64,000 bases of DNA from Alphaproteobacteria bacterium. GTDB taxonomy: Bacteria; Pseudomonadota; Alphaproteobacteria; MPNO01. Below are positions 51,074 through 60,571 of this stretch, piece after piece. Position numbers and translations under genes: made by a program. The notes under the pieces are model-generated. The model was not told where the DNA came from, made no database searches, and was given only the letters and a program-made list of their open reading frames with translations. Within the stretch, counting starts at the first letter, position 1. Each line of letters starts with the position of its first letter. The DNA is taken from assembly GCA_965248835.1 (NCBI GenBank), contig CBDFLJ010000002.1, forward strand, positions 2,240,001 through 2,304,000, written 5' to 3'.

Positions 51074-52663
51074 GTGAGTCAAGATAAAGCTGTCATCGCC
51101 GTCGAGAATATCACCAAGAGATACCCGGGGGTGAACGCCCTCTCGTGCGTCGATTTCGATCTCAGGCCTGGCGAAGTGCACGCCCTTGTCGGCGAGAATG
51201 GCGCCGGCAAGTCGACGTTAATCAAGGTCCTGTCGGGGGACATCCCCCCGGACGAAGGCTCCATCACGGTCGATGGCCAGCCAGTGGCGTTTGCTTCGCC
51301 GGGCGCCGCGCGGCGCCGGGGGATCGTGACCATATACCAGGAGCTCACCATCGTGCCCTGGCTGAGCGTCGCCGAGAATGTGGTGCTGGGCAGCGAGCCG
51401 ACAATCGGACCATGGGGGCAGTTTTTTTCGCAAGGCCAGGCCATCGCCCAGACACAGGACATGCTGCAACGCATCGGTGAATCCATGGACATCGATCCGA
51501 GGGCGCCGGCGGGCGGGCTGTCGACGGCGAAAAAGCAGATCATTGAGATCGCCCGTGCCCTTCTCCTGCGCGCGCCGGTCATCGTCATGGACGAGCCGAC
51601 GGCGGCGCTTTCCGACAACGAGGCGGCGGCCCTTCTTCGCATCATGCGCCAGTTGCGCGACGAGGGACGCGCCATCCTGTTCGTGTCGCACCGTTTGAAC
51701 GAAGTCCTCGACATTGCCGACCGGGTGACCGTGCTGCGCGGCGGCAAGCGCATCGCCAGCCTGCCGGCGAGCCAGATCGACGGCACCGGCCAGCTCATCG
51801 AACTGATGGTCGGCCGTCCCCTTGCCGAGCTCTTTCCACCGCGCAACGAGAAGCTGGGCGACGTCATATTCTCGGCCCGTGGATTGACCCGCAAGGGCGT
51901 CTTCGAAGATATCGACTTCGAGGTTCGGGCCGGCGAGGTGCTCGGCGTTGCCGGCCTCATCGGAGCGGGCCGGACGGAGGTCATGCGCGCCATCTTCGGC
52001 GCTGATCCCCTGGACGGCGGGCGCATCGAGAAGGCCGGAAAGGCCGTCGTGGCGCGCAAGCCCAGGGACGCCATTGACGCCGGCATCGCCTACCTGCCCG
52101 AAGACCGCAAGGAGCACGGACTGGTGCTCGAGCTGTCGGGCCAAGAGAACATGGTGATGGCTTCCATGGACCGGGTGAGCACGTCGGGCTTCGTCTCGTG
52201 GCCGCGCATCCGGCGCATCACCCAAGACCTGACCGAACGCCTTCGCTTCCAAGGCAGGATCGAGGCCCCAGCGCGCACCAACTCGGGCGGCAATCAGCAA
52301 AAACTGGTTATCGGCAAATGGGTGGCGACGGGAGCCGACATCCTGATTTTCGACGAGCCCACCCGGGGCATTGACATCGGTGCCAAGGTCGAGGTCTACC
52401 GCCTCATCCAGTCCCTCGCCGAACGCGGCGCCGGCATCGTGATGATCTCGTCCGAGTTGCCGGAATTGATGAACGTCGCGCACCGCATCATCGTCATGTC
52501 CGGCGGCAGGGTGCAAGACGAAATATCGCTGCCGGATTTCGACGAACGCCGCATCCTCGCCGCGGCCTTCGCCGCTCACATCGGCCAACGCCACGGTGCT
52601 GAAGCCACCTCCGGATGGAGGCTCCGAAAATCAAAACCAAAACCAATAAAACAGCGAGGATGA
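51074..52663 (+). CDS. Sugar ABC ATP-binding protein (RbsA-like, two NBDs)
   Basis: GENGAGKST, MDEPTAAL, SHRL.E, PEDRK..G, SGGNQQK, DEPTRGID. Confidence 0.93.
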   Translation: MSQDKAVIAVENITKRYPGVNALSCVDFDLRPGEVHALVGENGAGKSTLIKVLSGDIPPDEGSITVDGQPVAFASPGAARRRGIVTIYQELTIVPWLSVAENVVLGSEPTIGPWGQFFSQGQAIAQTQDMLQRIGESMDIDPRAPAGGLSTAKKQIIEIARALLLRAPVIVMDEPTAALSDNEAAALLRIMRQLRDEGRAILFVSHRLNEVLDIADRVTVLRGGKRIASLPASQIDGTGQLIELMVGRPLAELFPPRNEKLGDVIFSARGLTRKGVFEDIDFEVRAGEVLGVAGLIGAGRTEVMRAIFGADPLDGGRIEKAGKAVVARKPRDAIDAGIAYLPEDRKEHGLVLELSGQENMVMASMDRVSTSGFVSWPRIRRITQDLTERLRFQGRIEAPARTNSGGNQQKLVIGKWVATGADILIFDEPTRGIDIGAKVEVYRLIQSLAERGAGIVMISSELPELMNVAHRIIVMSGGRVQDEISLPDFDERRILAAAFAAHIGQRHGAEATSGWRLRKSKPKPIKQRG

Positions 52664-52664
52664 T

Positions 52665-53549
52665 ATGTTACGTGACCACGGCCGCTTCAAGTTTTCCGCT
52701 ATCGTCGACCGCCCCGACTATACGTGGCCGGACGGCAAAAGACTGGCCTTCTACGTAGCTCTCAACATGGAGCACTTCTCCTACGGCGAGGGGCTCGGCA
52801 TCTCCATGTCGCCGGGCATTCCCCATCCCAACACCTACAACTGGGCGTGGCGCGAATACGGCAACCGCGTCGGCGTGTGGCGCCTCCTCGATTTGTTCGG
52901 GGACTTGGGGCTGCCCATCTCCGTTCTGCTGAATTCCGAGCTGTACGACCATAGCCCGGAGGTTATTGCCGCCTTTCGCGAGCGCGGCGATGAAATTGTC
53001 GGCCACGGGCGCACCAATTCCGAGCACCAGAACGACTTTGACGAGGCCGGCGAGGCGGCGCTCATCCAGAAGGCCACGGAAACTATCGCCAAGCACGAAG
53101 GCAAGCCGCCGGCCGGCTGGCTCAGCCCCGGCGTCAACCCCAGTGATGTGACCCCCGACCTCCTGCAGGAGGCCGGCTACACCTACATCCTCGACTGGCC
53201 CATGGACGACCAGCCGGTGTGGATCAAGACCCGTCAGGGCCAACTGCTCAGCCTGCCCTATCCGCACGAGGTCAACGACATCCCGATGATCATGCTGCAT
53301 CACGGCGACGCCGGGGCGTTCGCAGACATGATCATCGACAACTTCGACGAGATGATCGAGCAGTCGGAAAAGCAGCCTCTGGTCTATTGCGTCAGCCTGC
53401 ACGCCTTTATCGTGGGTCAGCCCTATCGCCTGCGCCACCTGCGACGCGCCCTCGAGCACATCTGCAAGCACCGCGACAAGCTTTGGATCGCGACGGGTGG
53501 GGATATTGCCAGCTACTTCGCCGAGGTGGCGCCGGTCAAACCGGAGTAA
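52665..53549 (+). CDS. Polysaccharide deacetylase family protein (PuuE allantoinase-like)
   Basis: WPDGKRLA....N.E, EYGNRVG.WR, GHG, GWL.P, PY..E.ND, LH....GQP.R. Confidence 0.88.
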   Translation: MLRDHGRFKFSAIVDRPDYTWPDGKRLAFYVALNMEHFSYGEGLGISMSPGIPHPNTYNWAWREYGNRVGVWRLLDLFGDLGLPISVLLNSELYDHSPEVIAAFRERGDEIVGHGRTNSEHQNDFDEAGEAALIQKATETIAKHEGKPPAGWLSPGVNPSDVTPDLLQEAGYTYILDWPMDDQPVWIKTRQGQLLSLPYPHEVNDIPMIMLHHGDAGAFADMIIDNFDEMIEQSEKQPLVYCVSLHAFIVGQPYRLRHLRRALEHICKHRDKLWIATGGDIASYFAEVAPVKPE

Positions 53550-53575
53550 GACTGTCCCGTTAGTCTGACAATGCC
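53550..53575 (+). mobile_element. Isolated IS6 terminal repeat
   Basis: CTGTCCCGTTAGTCTGACAATGCC matches the other IS6 right ends. Confidence 0.75.
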
Positions 53576-53595
53576 CCGAACCGCGCTACTCGGGA

Positions 53596-54459
53596 TCACT
53601 CGGCGCCGTGGCCGCCGCCATATCCGCTGGCCTCTGCCGGACGCCAGCCCGCCAGGTCCTCGTCCCGCGGGCGGAAGATGTCCACCCGCAGCGGATAGCA
53701 GGTCGCGCTGTCGCTGGAATGGCCGGCGCCGCAATCCCCGCCGGGGCAGGTAGACAACCCGGCCAGCAGGTCGATCTCCGCGAACAGCTCGATGAAATCG
53801 CCGGCCCGCGCCGGGCTCGCCTTCATGAAATACTGGTTCGTATCGCGCGTGTAGCCGGTGCACATGAACACGTTCACCACGTCATGCACATGCCTCTCCG
53901 CCTCGGCCAGTGACAGACCTCTCGCCGCGGCCAGCGCGCGGGTCAGGCTCGAATGGCAGCAATAGTGATAGTCCCCGCCGGTCAGCAGATGGTTGGTGTA
54001 GGGATCGCAGCGGGTGCCGATCACGTCGTGGACGCCGGCCCCGAACTCGTCGAAGCCGTACCAGTCCAGGGTGTCGTGCGTGATGGTGGCCATCGGGCGC
54101 AGCCACGGAAAGTTGCTCCACAGGCGATCGCCGGTGCTGACATGGGTCGCGTGCAGCGCGCGCGTCTTGCCGCTGTAGAACTGTTCCGAAAGATCGGCCG
54201 CGTTCCACAGATTCAGGTCGCCGACCTGCGAGCCGTCGGGGGTGAGGATGCGGAACAGATGCCCGGCCGGAACGTCGAAGGCCCGCGCGTCGCGCGGCGG
54301 CACGACGATCTCGTCAACCAGGGTCATGCCGCCGCGCACGGTCTCGTAGAACGCCCGGTCGTAGGGCGGCAGCCGATCCACCGTGTAGACGGTCACGGGC
54401 TCTACCGCGCGCCGCGCCGCTGCGTCCGCGGGCTCCGGATATTGCGCTGGAATCGCCAT
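53596..54459 (-). CDS. DUF1989 (urea carboxylase-associated family) protein
   Basis: G.QVGDLN.W, SGKTRALH, HDVIGTRCDP, CCH, HDV.NVFMCTG, CPGGDC. Confidence 0.9.
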   Translation of the reverse strand: MAIPAQYPEPADAAARRAVEPVTVYTVDRLPPYDRAFYETVRGGMTLVDEIVVPPRDARAFDVPAGHLFRILTPDGSQVGDLNLWNAADLSEQFYSGKTRALHATHVSTGDRLWSNFPWLRPMATITHDTLDWYGFDEFGAGVHDVIGTRCDPYTNHLLTGGDYHYCCHSSLTRALAAARGLSLAEAERHVHDVVNVFMCTGYTRDTNQYFMKASPARAGDFIELFAEIDLLAGLSTCPGGDCGAGHSSDSATCYPLRVDIFRPRDEDLAGWRPAEASGYGGGHGAE

Positions 54460-54506
54460 GCTTCGCTCCTTTCGGTGAGCCCTCGGACGCGGTCGTGACG
54501 CCGCGT

Positions 54507-56192
54507 CTACCGCCCTTCGTTCCCGAACCCGTCGTCGACCACGATATCGAGCAGCGTCGGCCCGCTGCGCCGGGTCGACTCGGCGATGGCGGGCGCGATG
54601 TCGTCGGGGTCCGTGATCTGCTGCGCGGGCACACCCATCGAGCGGGCGAGCCCGGTGAAGTCGATCGGCGGGTCCTTGAATTCCATGCCGGTGTAGTCCT
54701 CGACGCCGTGAAACGCCTTCAACCGCTCCTTGATGATGCGGTAGCCGCCATTGTTGGCGATGACATAGGTGATCGGGCACTTCGCGTTCGCGGCGGTCCA
54801 CAGCGCCTGGATGCTGTACATCGCGCTGCCGTCGCCGACGACGGCGACGACCGGCCGATCCGGAAGCGCAAGCTGCACGCCCACCGCCCCGGCCATCGCG
54901 AACCCGATGCCGCCGCTGCCGAGGCCGAACAACGCCTTGGCGTCGCGGAACGGGTAGAGCGCGGGCAGGGCGCGGCCGCTCAGGATCCCTTCCTCGACGA
55001 TGACCGCGTCTTCGGGCAGCGCATCGACGATCCGGAGCATCGCCAGCTCCGGGGGTATCGGCGTTGCTCCGCCATGCGCCAGCACGCGGGCGCGGAGGGC
55101 TTCGCGCTTCGCGGACCAGTTGGACGTCTTGAGCGCCGCAATCGAAGCCGCCGCCTTCCCGGCCCCTTCGGCGCCCCGCCTGCTCTCGATCCGCCCGGCC
55201 AGTGCGGTGAGCGTCTCCTTCACATCGGCGCGCAGCGCGATCTCCGCCGGGTAGTTCTTGCCCATCTCCCAGTCCCGGAGACCGAGCTGGACCAGCGCCA
55301 TCCCGTCGGGCATCGGGTCAGTCTCGCTGAACACCGACATGCGCAGCACGTCCGCGCCCATGCAGAACATCAGGTCGTAGGGCGAGAGCGTCTCGCGGAC
55401 GTCGCGCTGGTCGCGGGTGAGCCCGCCCATGAAGGCGGGATGCTCGGAGAGGAAGTGCGCCCCGTCGCAGACCGTCTGCTGGTACACCGGCGCGCCGAGC
55501 AGCTCGGCGATCGTCGCGGCTTCGCGAAGGGCGTCCGAGGTCGCGATCTCGTGCCCGGCCAGGAGGACCGGGCGGCGCGCCGCGAGCAGCCGGTCGGCGA
55601 GGCGGTCGAGCGCCGCGTCGCTGGGACGACCGGCGGTGTCCACCCGTGTCGGTCGGCCGAGCTCGAGCGCGTCCTGTTCGTTGAGCACGTCGCCCGGCAG
55701 CGAGATGAACACCGGTCCGGTCGGCGGGGTCATCGCGACCTTCGCCGCGCGCCGCAGGATGCGCGGCAGGTCCTGAAGCCGGGTCACCTCCACCGCCCAT
55801 TTCACCAGCGGCTGGGCGATCGGCACCAGCGGCGCGTAGAGCATCGGCTCGGTGAGCCCGTGCCCCTGTTCCTGCTGCCCGGCGGTGAGGATGATCGGCG
55901 AGCCCATCCAATTCGCGTTGTAGAGCGAGCCCATGGCGTTGCCGAGCCCGGGCGCGACGTGGACGTTGCAGGCGCTGAGATGGCCGGAGGCGCGCGAATA
56001 GCCGTCCGCCATGGCCACCACCAGCGCCTCCTGCAGCGCCATCACATAGGTGATCGCCGGCCGGTCCGGCAGCGCCGCCATGACCGGCAGCTCGGTGGTG
56101 CCGGGGTTGCCGAAGAGATGCGACACCCCCTCGCTCTCGAGAAGGGCGAGAAAGGCCTCGCGGCCGAATATCGTGTTCATGGTGTCGGGCAT
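54507..56192 (-). CDS. ThDP-dependent enzyme (benzoylformate decarboxylase-like)
   Basis: FGNPGTTELP, QE..MADGY, H..PGLGN, GDGS.MY..QALWTAA, NNGGY. Confidence 0.92.
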   Translation of the reverse strand: MPDTMNTIFGREAFLALLESEGVSHLFGNPGTTELPVMAALPDRPAITYVMALQEALVVAMADGYSRASGHLSACNVHVAPGLGNAMGSLYNANWMGSPIILTAGQQEQGHGLTEPMLYAPLVPIAQPLVKWAVEVTRLQDLPRILRRAAKVAMTPPTGPVFISLPGDVLNEQDALELGRPTRVDTAGRPSDAALDRLADRLLAARRPVLLAGHEIATSDALREAATIAELLGAPVYQQTVCDGAHFLSEHPAFMGGLTRDQRDVRETLSPYDLMFCMGADVLRMSVFSETDPMPDGMALVQLGLRDWEMGKNYPAEIALRADVKETLTALAGRIESRRGAEGAGKAAASIAALKTSNWSAKREALRARVLAHGGATPIPPELAMLRIVDALPEDAVIVEEGILSGRALPALYPFRDAKALFGLGSGGIGFAMAGAVGVQLALPDRPVVAVVGDGSAMYSIQALWTAANAKCPITYVIANNGGYRIIKERLKAFHGVEDYTGMEFKDPPIDFTGLARSMGVPAQQITDPDDIAPAIAESTRRSGPTLLDIVVDDGFGNEGR

Positions 56193-56281
56193 GATGCTCT
56201 CGGGAAACCCGGATCCGTCCTGGAGGATGGAGATTTCTCGATGCCTCGGCAACCGGACAGCGCCGGGAGGTCGCGACCGGC

Positions 56282-57475
56282 CTACACGGTCCGATGGCGG
56301 CGGACCACGAACACGTACACGACCAGCGCGAACAGGGAGGAGAGCAAAACGCCGTGCGCCAGCGCCGTCTGGGTGCCGTCGGTGGTCAGCGCGGCGACGA
56401 TCATCCCGACCGTCGCGCCGACGACCTGCTGCGTGAAGCCGATCAGGGACGAGGCCGCGCCCGCGATGCGGGGGAAGGGCTGCAGCGCGCCGGCGACCGT
56501 CTGCGGGTATATGAAGGAGAAGGAAAACAAGCAGAAGAACATCGGACCGATCACCGCCAGCCAGTGGTGAATTCCGGCCCAGGCGAGCCCGGCGAGCAGA
56601 AGGCCGGACAGCGATGCCCCGTACACGCCCCATCTCAGCAGGCGATCCACGCCCAACGGTCCCACGAGGCGGGCGCCCGCGAGCATCCCTATCATGGAGC
56701 CGGTCATGCAGCCGGCGAACATGTAGGCATAGGCGGTCTCGGTCTCGCCGAAGAACGTGATGATCACATGCGGCGACGCGGCGAGGAAAGAGAACAGGAT
56801 ACCGTAGGATGCGGAAGCGCAGGCCGTGTAGGCCCAGAAGGCCACGCTGCGGGAGATTTCCCCGAAATTCCTCAGCATCGGCGCGATGCGCAGGGCGTCC
56901 GGATCGGGTCGGTCCAGGGTCTCCCCGAACGCCAGCCCGAACAGCATCGCGATCAGGACGCTGTAGGCGGCGATGAACAGGAACATCGCGTTCCAACCGA
57001 AAGATACAGTCAGATGCGCCCCGACGATCGGCGCGAACAGGGGCCCGAAGCAGAAAAAGAACAGCACCAGCGAGAGCACGCGCGCGGCGTCGCTGCGCTC
57101 ATAGCGGTCCCGGACAACGGCACGCGCGACGATAAACCCCGACGCCGCCGAGACGCCGTGCACAAACCGGAACGCAATCAGCACTTCGACGGTCTCTGCC
57201 AGGGCGCAACCCAGCGCCGCGACGGCAGTGACCAACAGGCCTGCGATGATGACCGGTTTCCTGCCGAACCGGTCCGACAACGGGCCCGGCAGTATCTGGC
57301 CCACGGCCACGCCGACCATGAACAGGCTGAGGCTGAGCTGCACCAGCGTGCGGGTGGAACCCAGCGCTTCGACCATGGCGGGCATCGCCGGAAGCGTGCC
57401 GTCGATCCCCATCGCGGTGGCCAACGAGGTCAGGGCGAGGAGAGCCGCGACTCCGACGCTGCCCGAAGACTTCAC
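56282..57475 (-). CDS. Bcr/CflA-family MFS efflux transporter
   Basis: D..LPA.P, GQ...GPLSDRFGRKPV, ARA.VRD, AG.ASSL.G. Confidence 0.9.
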   Translation of the reverse strand: MKSSGSVGVAALLALTSLATAMGIDGTLPAMPAMVEALGSTRTLVQLSLSLFMVGVAVGQILPGPLSDRFGRKPVIIAGLLVTAVAALGCALAETVEVLIAFRFVHGVSAASGFIVARAVVRDRYERSDAARVLSLVLFFFCFGPLFAPIVGAHLTVSFGWNAMFLFIAAYSVLIAMLFGLAFGETLDRPDPDALRIAPMLRNFGEISRSVAFWAYTACASASYGILFSFLAASPHVIITFFGETETAYAYMFAGCMTGSMIGMLAGARLVGPLGVDRLLRWGVYGASLSGLLLAGLAWAGIHHWLAVIGPMFFCLFSFSFIYPQTVAGALQPFPRIAGAASSLIGFTQQVVGATVGMIVAALTTDGTQTALAHGVLLSSLFALVVYVFVVRRHRTV

Positions 57476-57610
57476 GGGCGATCTTCAGGATCGGCCATGT
57501 TTCCGTCCCCTCCCTGCCGAGGCCGCCGGGCCGCCTGTCCGAACGGCGCCGAAGATTGACCCCGATCCGGAGTGAGCCCCTGGGACCCACTCCATCATTC
57601 CGCGGCGCCA

Positions 57611-57904
57611 GAATGATGGAGTGGACGCCTCCTCTCGACGGCATCGCGATGTGCCAAAGTGGTGTTGTGGTTCAACCCCCTGAAGGAGGAGGCATCCATG
57701 GAACAGGTTAACATCATCGGGATCGATCTGGCGAAGCGCAGCTTTCAGCTGCATGGGGGCGTGCGGACGGATCGGTGGCGTTCCGTACGAAACTGAGCCG
57801 GGGGAAGCTGCTGGATTTCTCGCCGCGCAGCCGCGCTGTGTGGTTGCGATGGAGGCCTGCGCGAGCGCTCACCACTGGGGCCGCGATCCTGAAGCTCGGC
57901 CATG
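57611..57904 (+). mobile_element. IS110-family (IS1111-type) left end and transposase 5' fragment
   Basis: TGGACGCCTCC..GACGGCATCGCGATGTGCCA; ATG 57698 MEQVNIIGIDLAKRSFQLHG, later V.MEAC..HHW; cut by IS6. Confidence 0.85.
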
Positions 57905-57967
57905 GGCATTGTCAGACTAACAGAACAGGACTTGTAGAACCTACAATCGAGTGCCTTCAGGCTGCTA

Positions 57968-59020
57968 GAGCAATTTCCGATCAGACACGGTCATATCCTG
58001 CAGCAGCGAAGTAGTTTTCACATTCCGTTGGGGTGAATATCTTGATGCCGTATGCAATCGCGTCCCAAAGATCGTCGACCGTTCGGGCCGCAGTCTTTTC
58101 GAGGAAGGCCTTGAGCTTGGAGAAAGCCATCTCAATGGGATTGAAGTCGGGGGAGTACGGCGGAAGAAAACGCAGTTCAGCGCCCACGGCTTCGATGGCG
58201 AGGCGTACCGTGACAGGTTTGTGCGCAGGCAGATTGTCCATGATGACGATATCGCCGGGCGAGAGCGTTGGCGCCAGCACCTGTTCCACGTATTCCAGGA
58301 AGGCGGCACCGTGCATGGCGCCGTCGAGGATCATGGGCGCGGTCATGCCTTCCAGCCTGAGCGCGCCGACGAAGGTGGTCGTCTTCCAATGCCCATGGGG
58401 CACCGGCGCCCGGCAGCGTTCGCCGCGCGGCGATCGACCATAACGCCGAGCCATCTTGGTCGATGCTCCGGTCTCGTCGATGAAAACAAGCCGCTCCGGC
58501 TCCAGATCGGGCTGGGATTCGAACCAGGCTCGACGACGCCGCAGAACGTCAGGCCGCTGTTGTTCGCTGGCGTGCGCGGTTTTTTTTGAACGTCATACCG
58601 TGGCGATCAAGCAGACGCCAGACGGTGCTTGGAGCGACCTTCAGCTCATGCGTCTCATCCAGATGCACGGCGATCTCGCCCAGGGTGATGTCCGGCGTTT
58701 CCTCGATCAGAGCCAGGACTTCCTCGGCATGGGCTTCGATCCGCTGCGAGCGATAATCCCCGCCCTGCGGCTGGGGTCGGACATTGCCCGTTCGTCGCCA
58801 TTGATCCACCCATTTGATCGCTGTCGACGCCGCGACCCCAAAGCGTTCCGCCGCACAGCGCCGCGACATCCCGTCTTCAACTGCCGATATCAGCCGTTCC
58901 CGTAAATCAATCGAAAGAGGTTTCGTCATGCACGCTGGCCTCCTTCTCCAGCACGCATCTTGAATCACAAACCCCGACTCAAGGGAATCCCCTATGATTC
59001 TGTCTGATCTGAAAGTGCTC
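57968..59020 (-). mobile_element. IS630-family element, apparently intact
   Basis: IRs GAGCAATTTCCGATCAGAC / GTCTGATCTGAAAGTGCTC; TA duplication. Confidence 0.92.
57981..58929 (-). CDS. IS630-family transposase, frameshifted orfA/orfB
   Basis: S.DLRER, A8 slippery run (TFKK), [24 protein letters not shown]. Confidence 0.9.
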
Positions 59021-59490
59021 TAGTTGACGCCACTCGGCCAGGGCGGCGGCCCGGTCTTGTTTGAAAATGTCAACGGAAAGGATTTCGCATCCGGCAAAAC
59101 CATGGATGCCCCATCTGCCCATCAATCCATTTTTGTCTGACAACGCCCCTTTGACAGCACATTGGTGTCGACAGCGATCACCGCGTGTCCGAATCGCCGT
59201 AGATCAACTCTCCCAGTTCGGGCCAGGAATACCGCTCGAGCGGGTCGTTCGCACCAGGATCGTCCATTCTGAGACCGGGAAGGATGTATCCGCGTCGGGA
59301 CGGTGAGGGCGAGAGCACGCGCCGGGCCTGATCGTTAGCTTCCGTCGAGGAGAAATGCATCGATCTTTTTCCGTCAGCTGGCCCGCCTGGCCGCTCGTAG
59401 CCGTAGCGGGCTGTATGCGGGTCGTTCAGATGTCGGAGGAGCGTGGCAACTTCGGTTCGACATCAAATGCGGTGTCGGCCGCATCGAAAA

Positions 59491-60012
59491 TCAACGACCG
59501 CCGCTTGTGGGCTTGAACATGCGACGGGCGATGCCGCCCTTATCGAAAATTGCGTGTTTGGCCGCTCCCAGAATATGCAGGGCAAGCAGAGGTATGAACA
59601 GATGTCCGGAGACATCGTGCACCTCGTCCATGAGCTCGTGAAAGGGTCGGCTTGCCGTCATCGGTGAGGGAATGGCCACACCGAATACGTCCAACGGGCG
59701 GCCCTGCGACCAGGGCAACAGGTAGCCGGTAATCACCGCGACGACGATGGCCACCAGAAACCCCCACTGCACCACCCGCGCGGCGGCATTGAGCAGGAAT
59801 GCCTGATCCGGCAAAGCGGCCATGCCGCCTCTTGCGCGATGCCACACACGCCACAGCAGAAAGACGCCGGCGATGGCACCGCCGCTCACGTGAATGACAT
59901 ACGCCGCGCTGCCGCGCTCCCCATCGTGGGTCAGGAACAACGCGATCACGAAGATCGCCGCAAGCCAGTGAAGAACGATCGATAGCGACGAATAGCCGTC
60001 CGCGCGGTCCAT
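59491..60012 (-). CDS. Cytochrome b561 family protein (copy 2)
   Basis: Nearly identical protein to 25855-26376 with a few N-terminal substitutions. Confidence 0.88.
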   Translation of the reverse strand: MDRADGYSSLSIVLHWLAAIFVIALFLTHDGERGSAAYVIHVSGGAIAGVFLLWRVWHRARGGMAALPDQAFLLNAAARVVQWGFLVAIVVAVITGYLLPWSQGRPLDVFGVAIPSPMTASRPFHELMDEVHDVSGHLFIPLLALHILGAAKHAIFDKGGIARRMFKPTSGGR

Positions 60013-60222
60013 GATGCTTCCTCTCCTATGCCAAATCACATGCCGCGAGGGAACGTATTCGGCGAAGGCGCGTTAACCCAAAGAATCACTCCGTTTTCGA
60101 TGAGATAGGCTGCGCCGATGGAATACCCACCAGATGGAGCGACGACCATGTCCGAACTCGGAGGCATCGAAATCGACTTGGAGGTTTACAAGGCCATTGA
60201 GTTGGAGCGCCGGAGCTTTTCC

Positions 60223-60434
60223 TGATCCTCCGCCATCGAATTGGTCCGTGTTCAGGTTTTGGAACGAGGAGGACCGCCTGGTCGCGGACACGATCGAGCT
60301 GGCCCGCCGGTACGGCCGGTACGGCGATCGCCGGATCGCGGCCCTGCTGCGCGACGCCGGCCGGCCGGCCAGCTTGGCGGAGAAACCGTCAATGCACTAA
60401 CATTCAAACCGGGCCAGTCAGTGGGGGCCGGTCA
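60223..60434 (+). mobile_element. 212-bp miniature IS3 derivative with both ends
   Basis: TGATCC... to ...GGGGGCCGGTCA; interior is a short orfB fragment. Confidence 0.78.
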
Positions 60435-60450
60435 CCCCAGGAGAACGTCC

Positions 60451-60571
60451 ATGAGTGTTCTGGATGACCTGAAACGTGACCTCGTCAGGGCGAACCGCAT
60501 CCTCGCGAATGAGGGGATCGTCGACGCATGGGGCCACATCAGCTTCCGCAACCCGGAGAATCCCGACACCT
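60451..60571 (+). pseudogene. Class II aldolase copy 2, N-terminal part (cut by IS5)
   Basis: MSVLDDLKRDLVRANRILANEGIVDAWGHISFRNPENPDT, then IS5. Confidence 0.93.

Larger units (their letters stand above)
57905..59147 (-). mobile_element. Miniature IS6 remnant interrupted by IS630
   Basis: GGCATTGTCAGACTAA at 57905, TGTCTGACAACGCC ending 59147; IS6 sequence resumes at 59023. Confidence 0.85.

Noticed and set aside
54495-56570. Long antisense or alternate-frame ORFs (e.g. 691 aa here, 599 aa at 17040-18839, 596 aa at 13247-15037)
   Set aside because: Shadow ORFs expected at high GC; Arg/Pro/Ala-rich, without motifs apart from the embedded radC fragment, and overlapping well-supported genes
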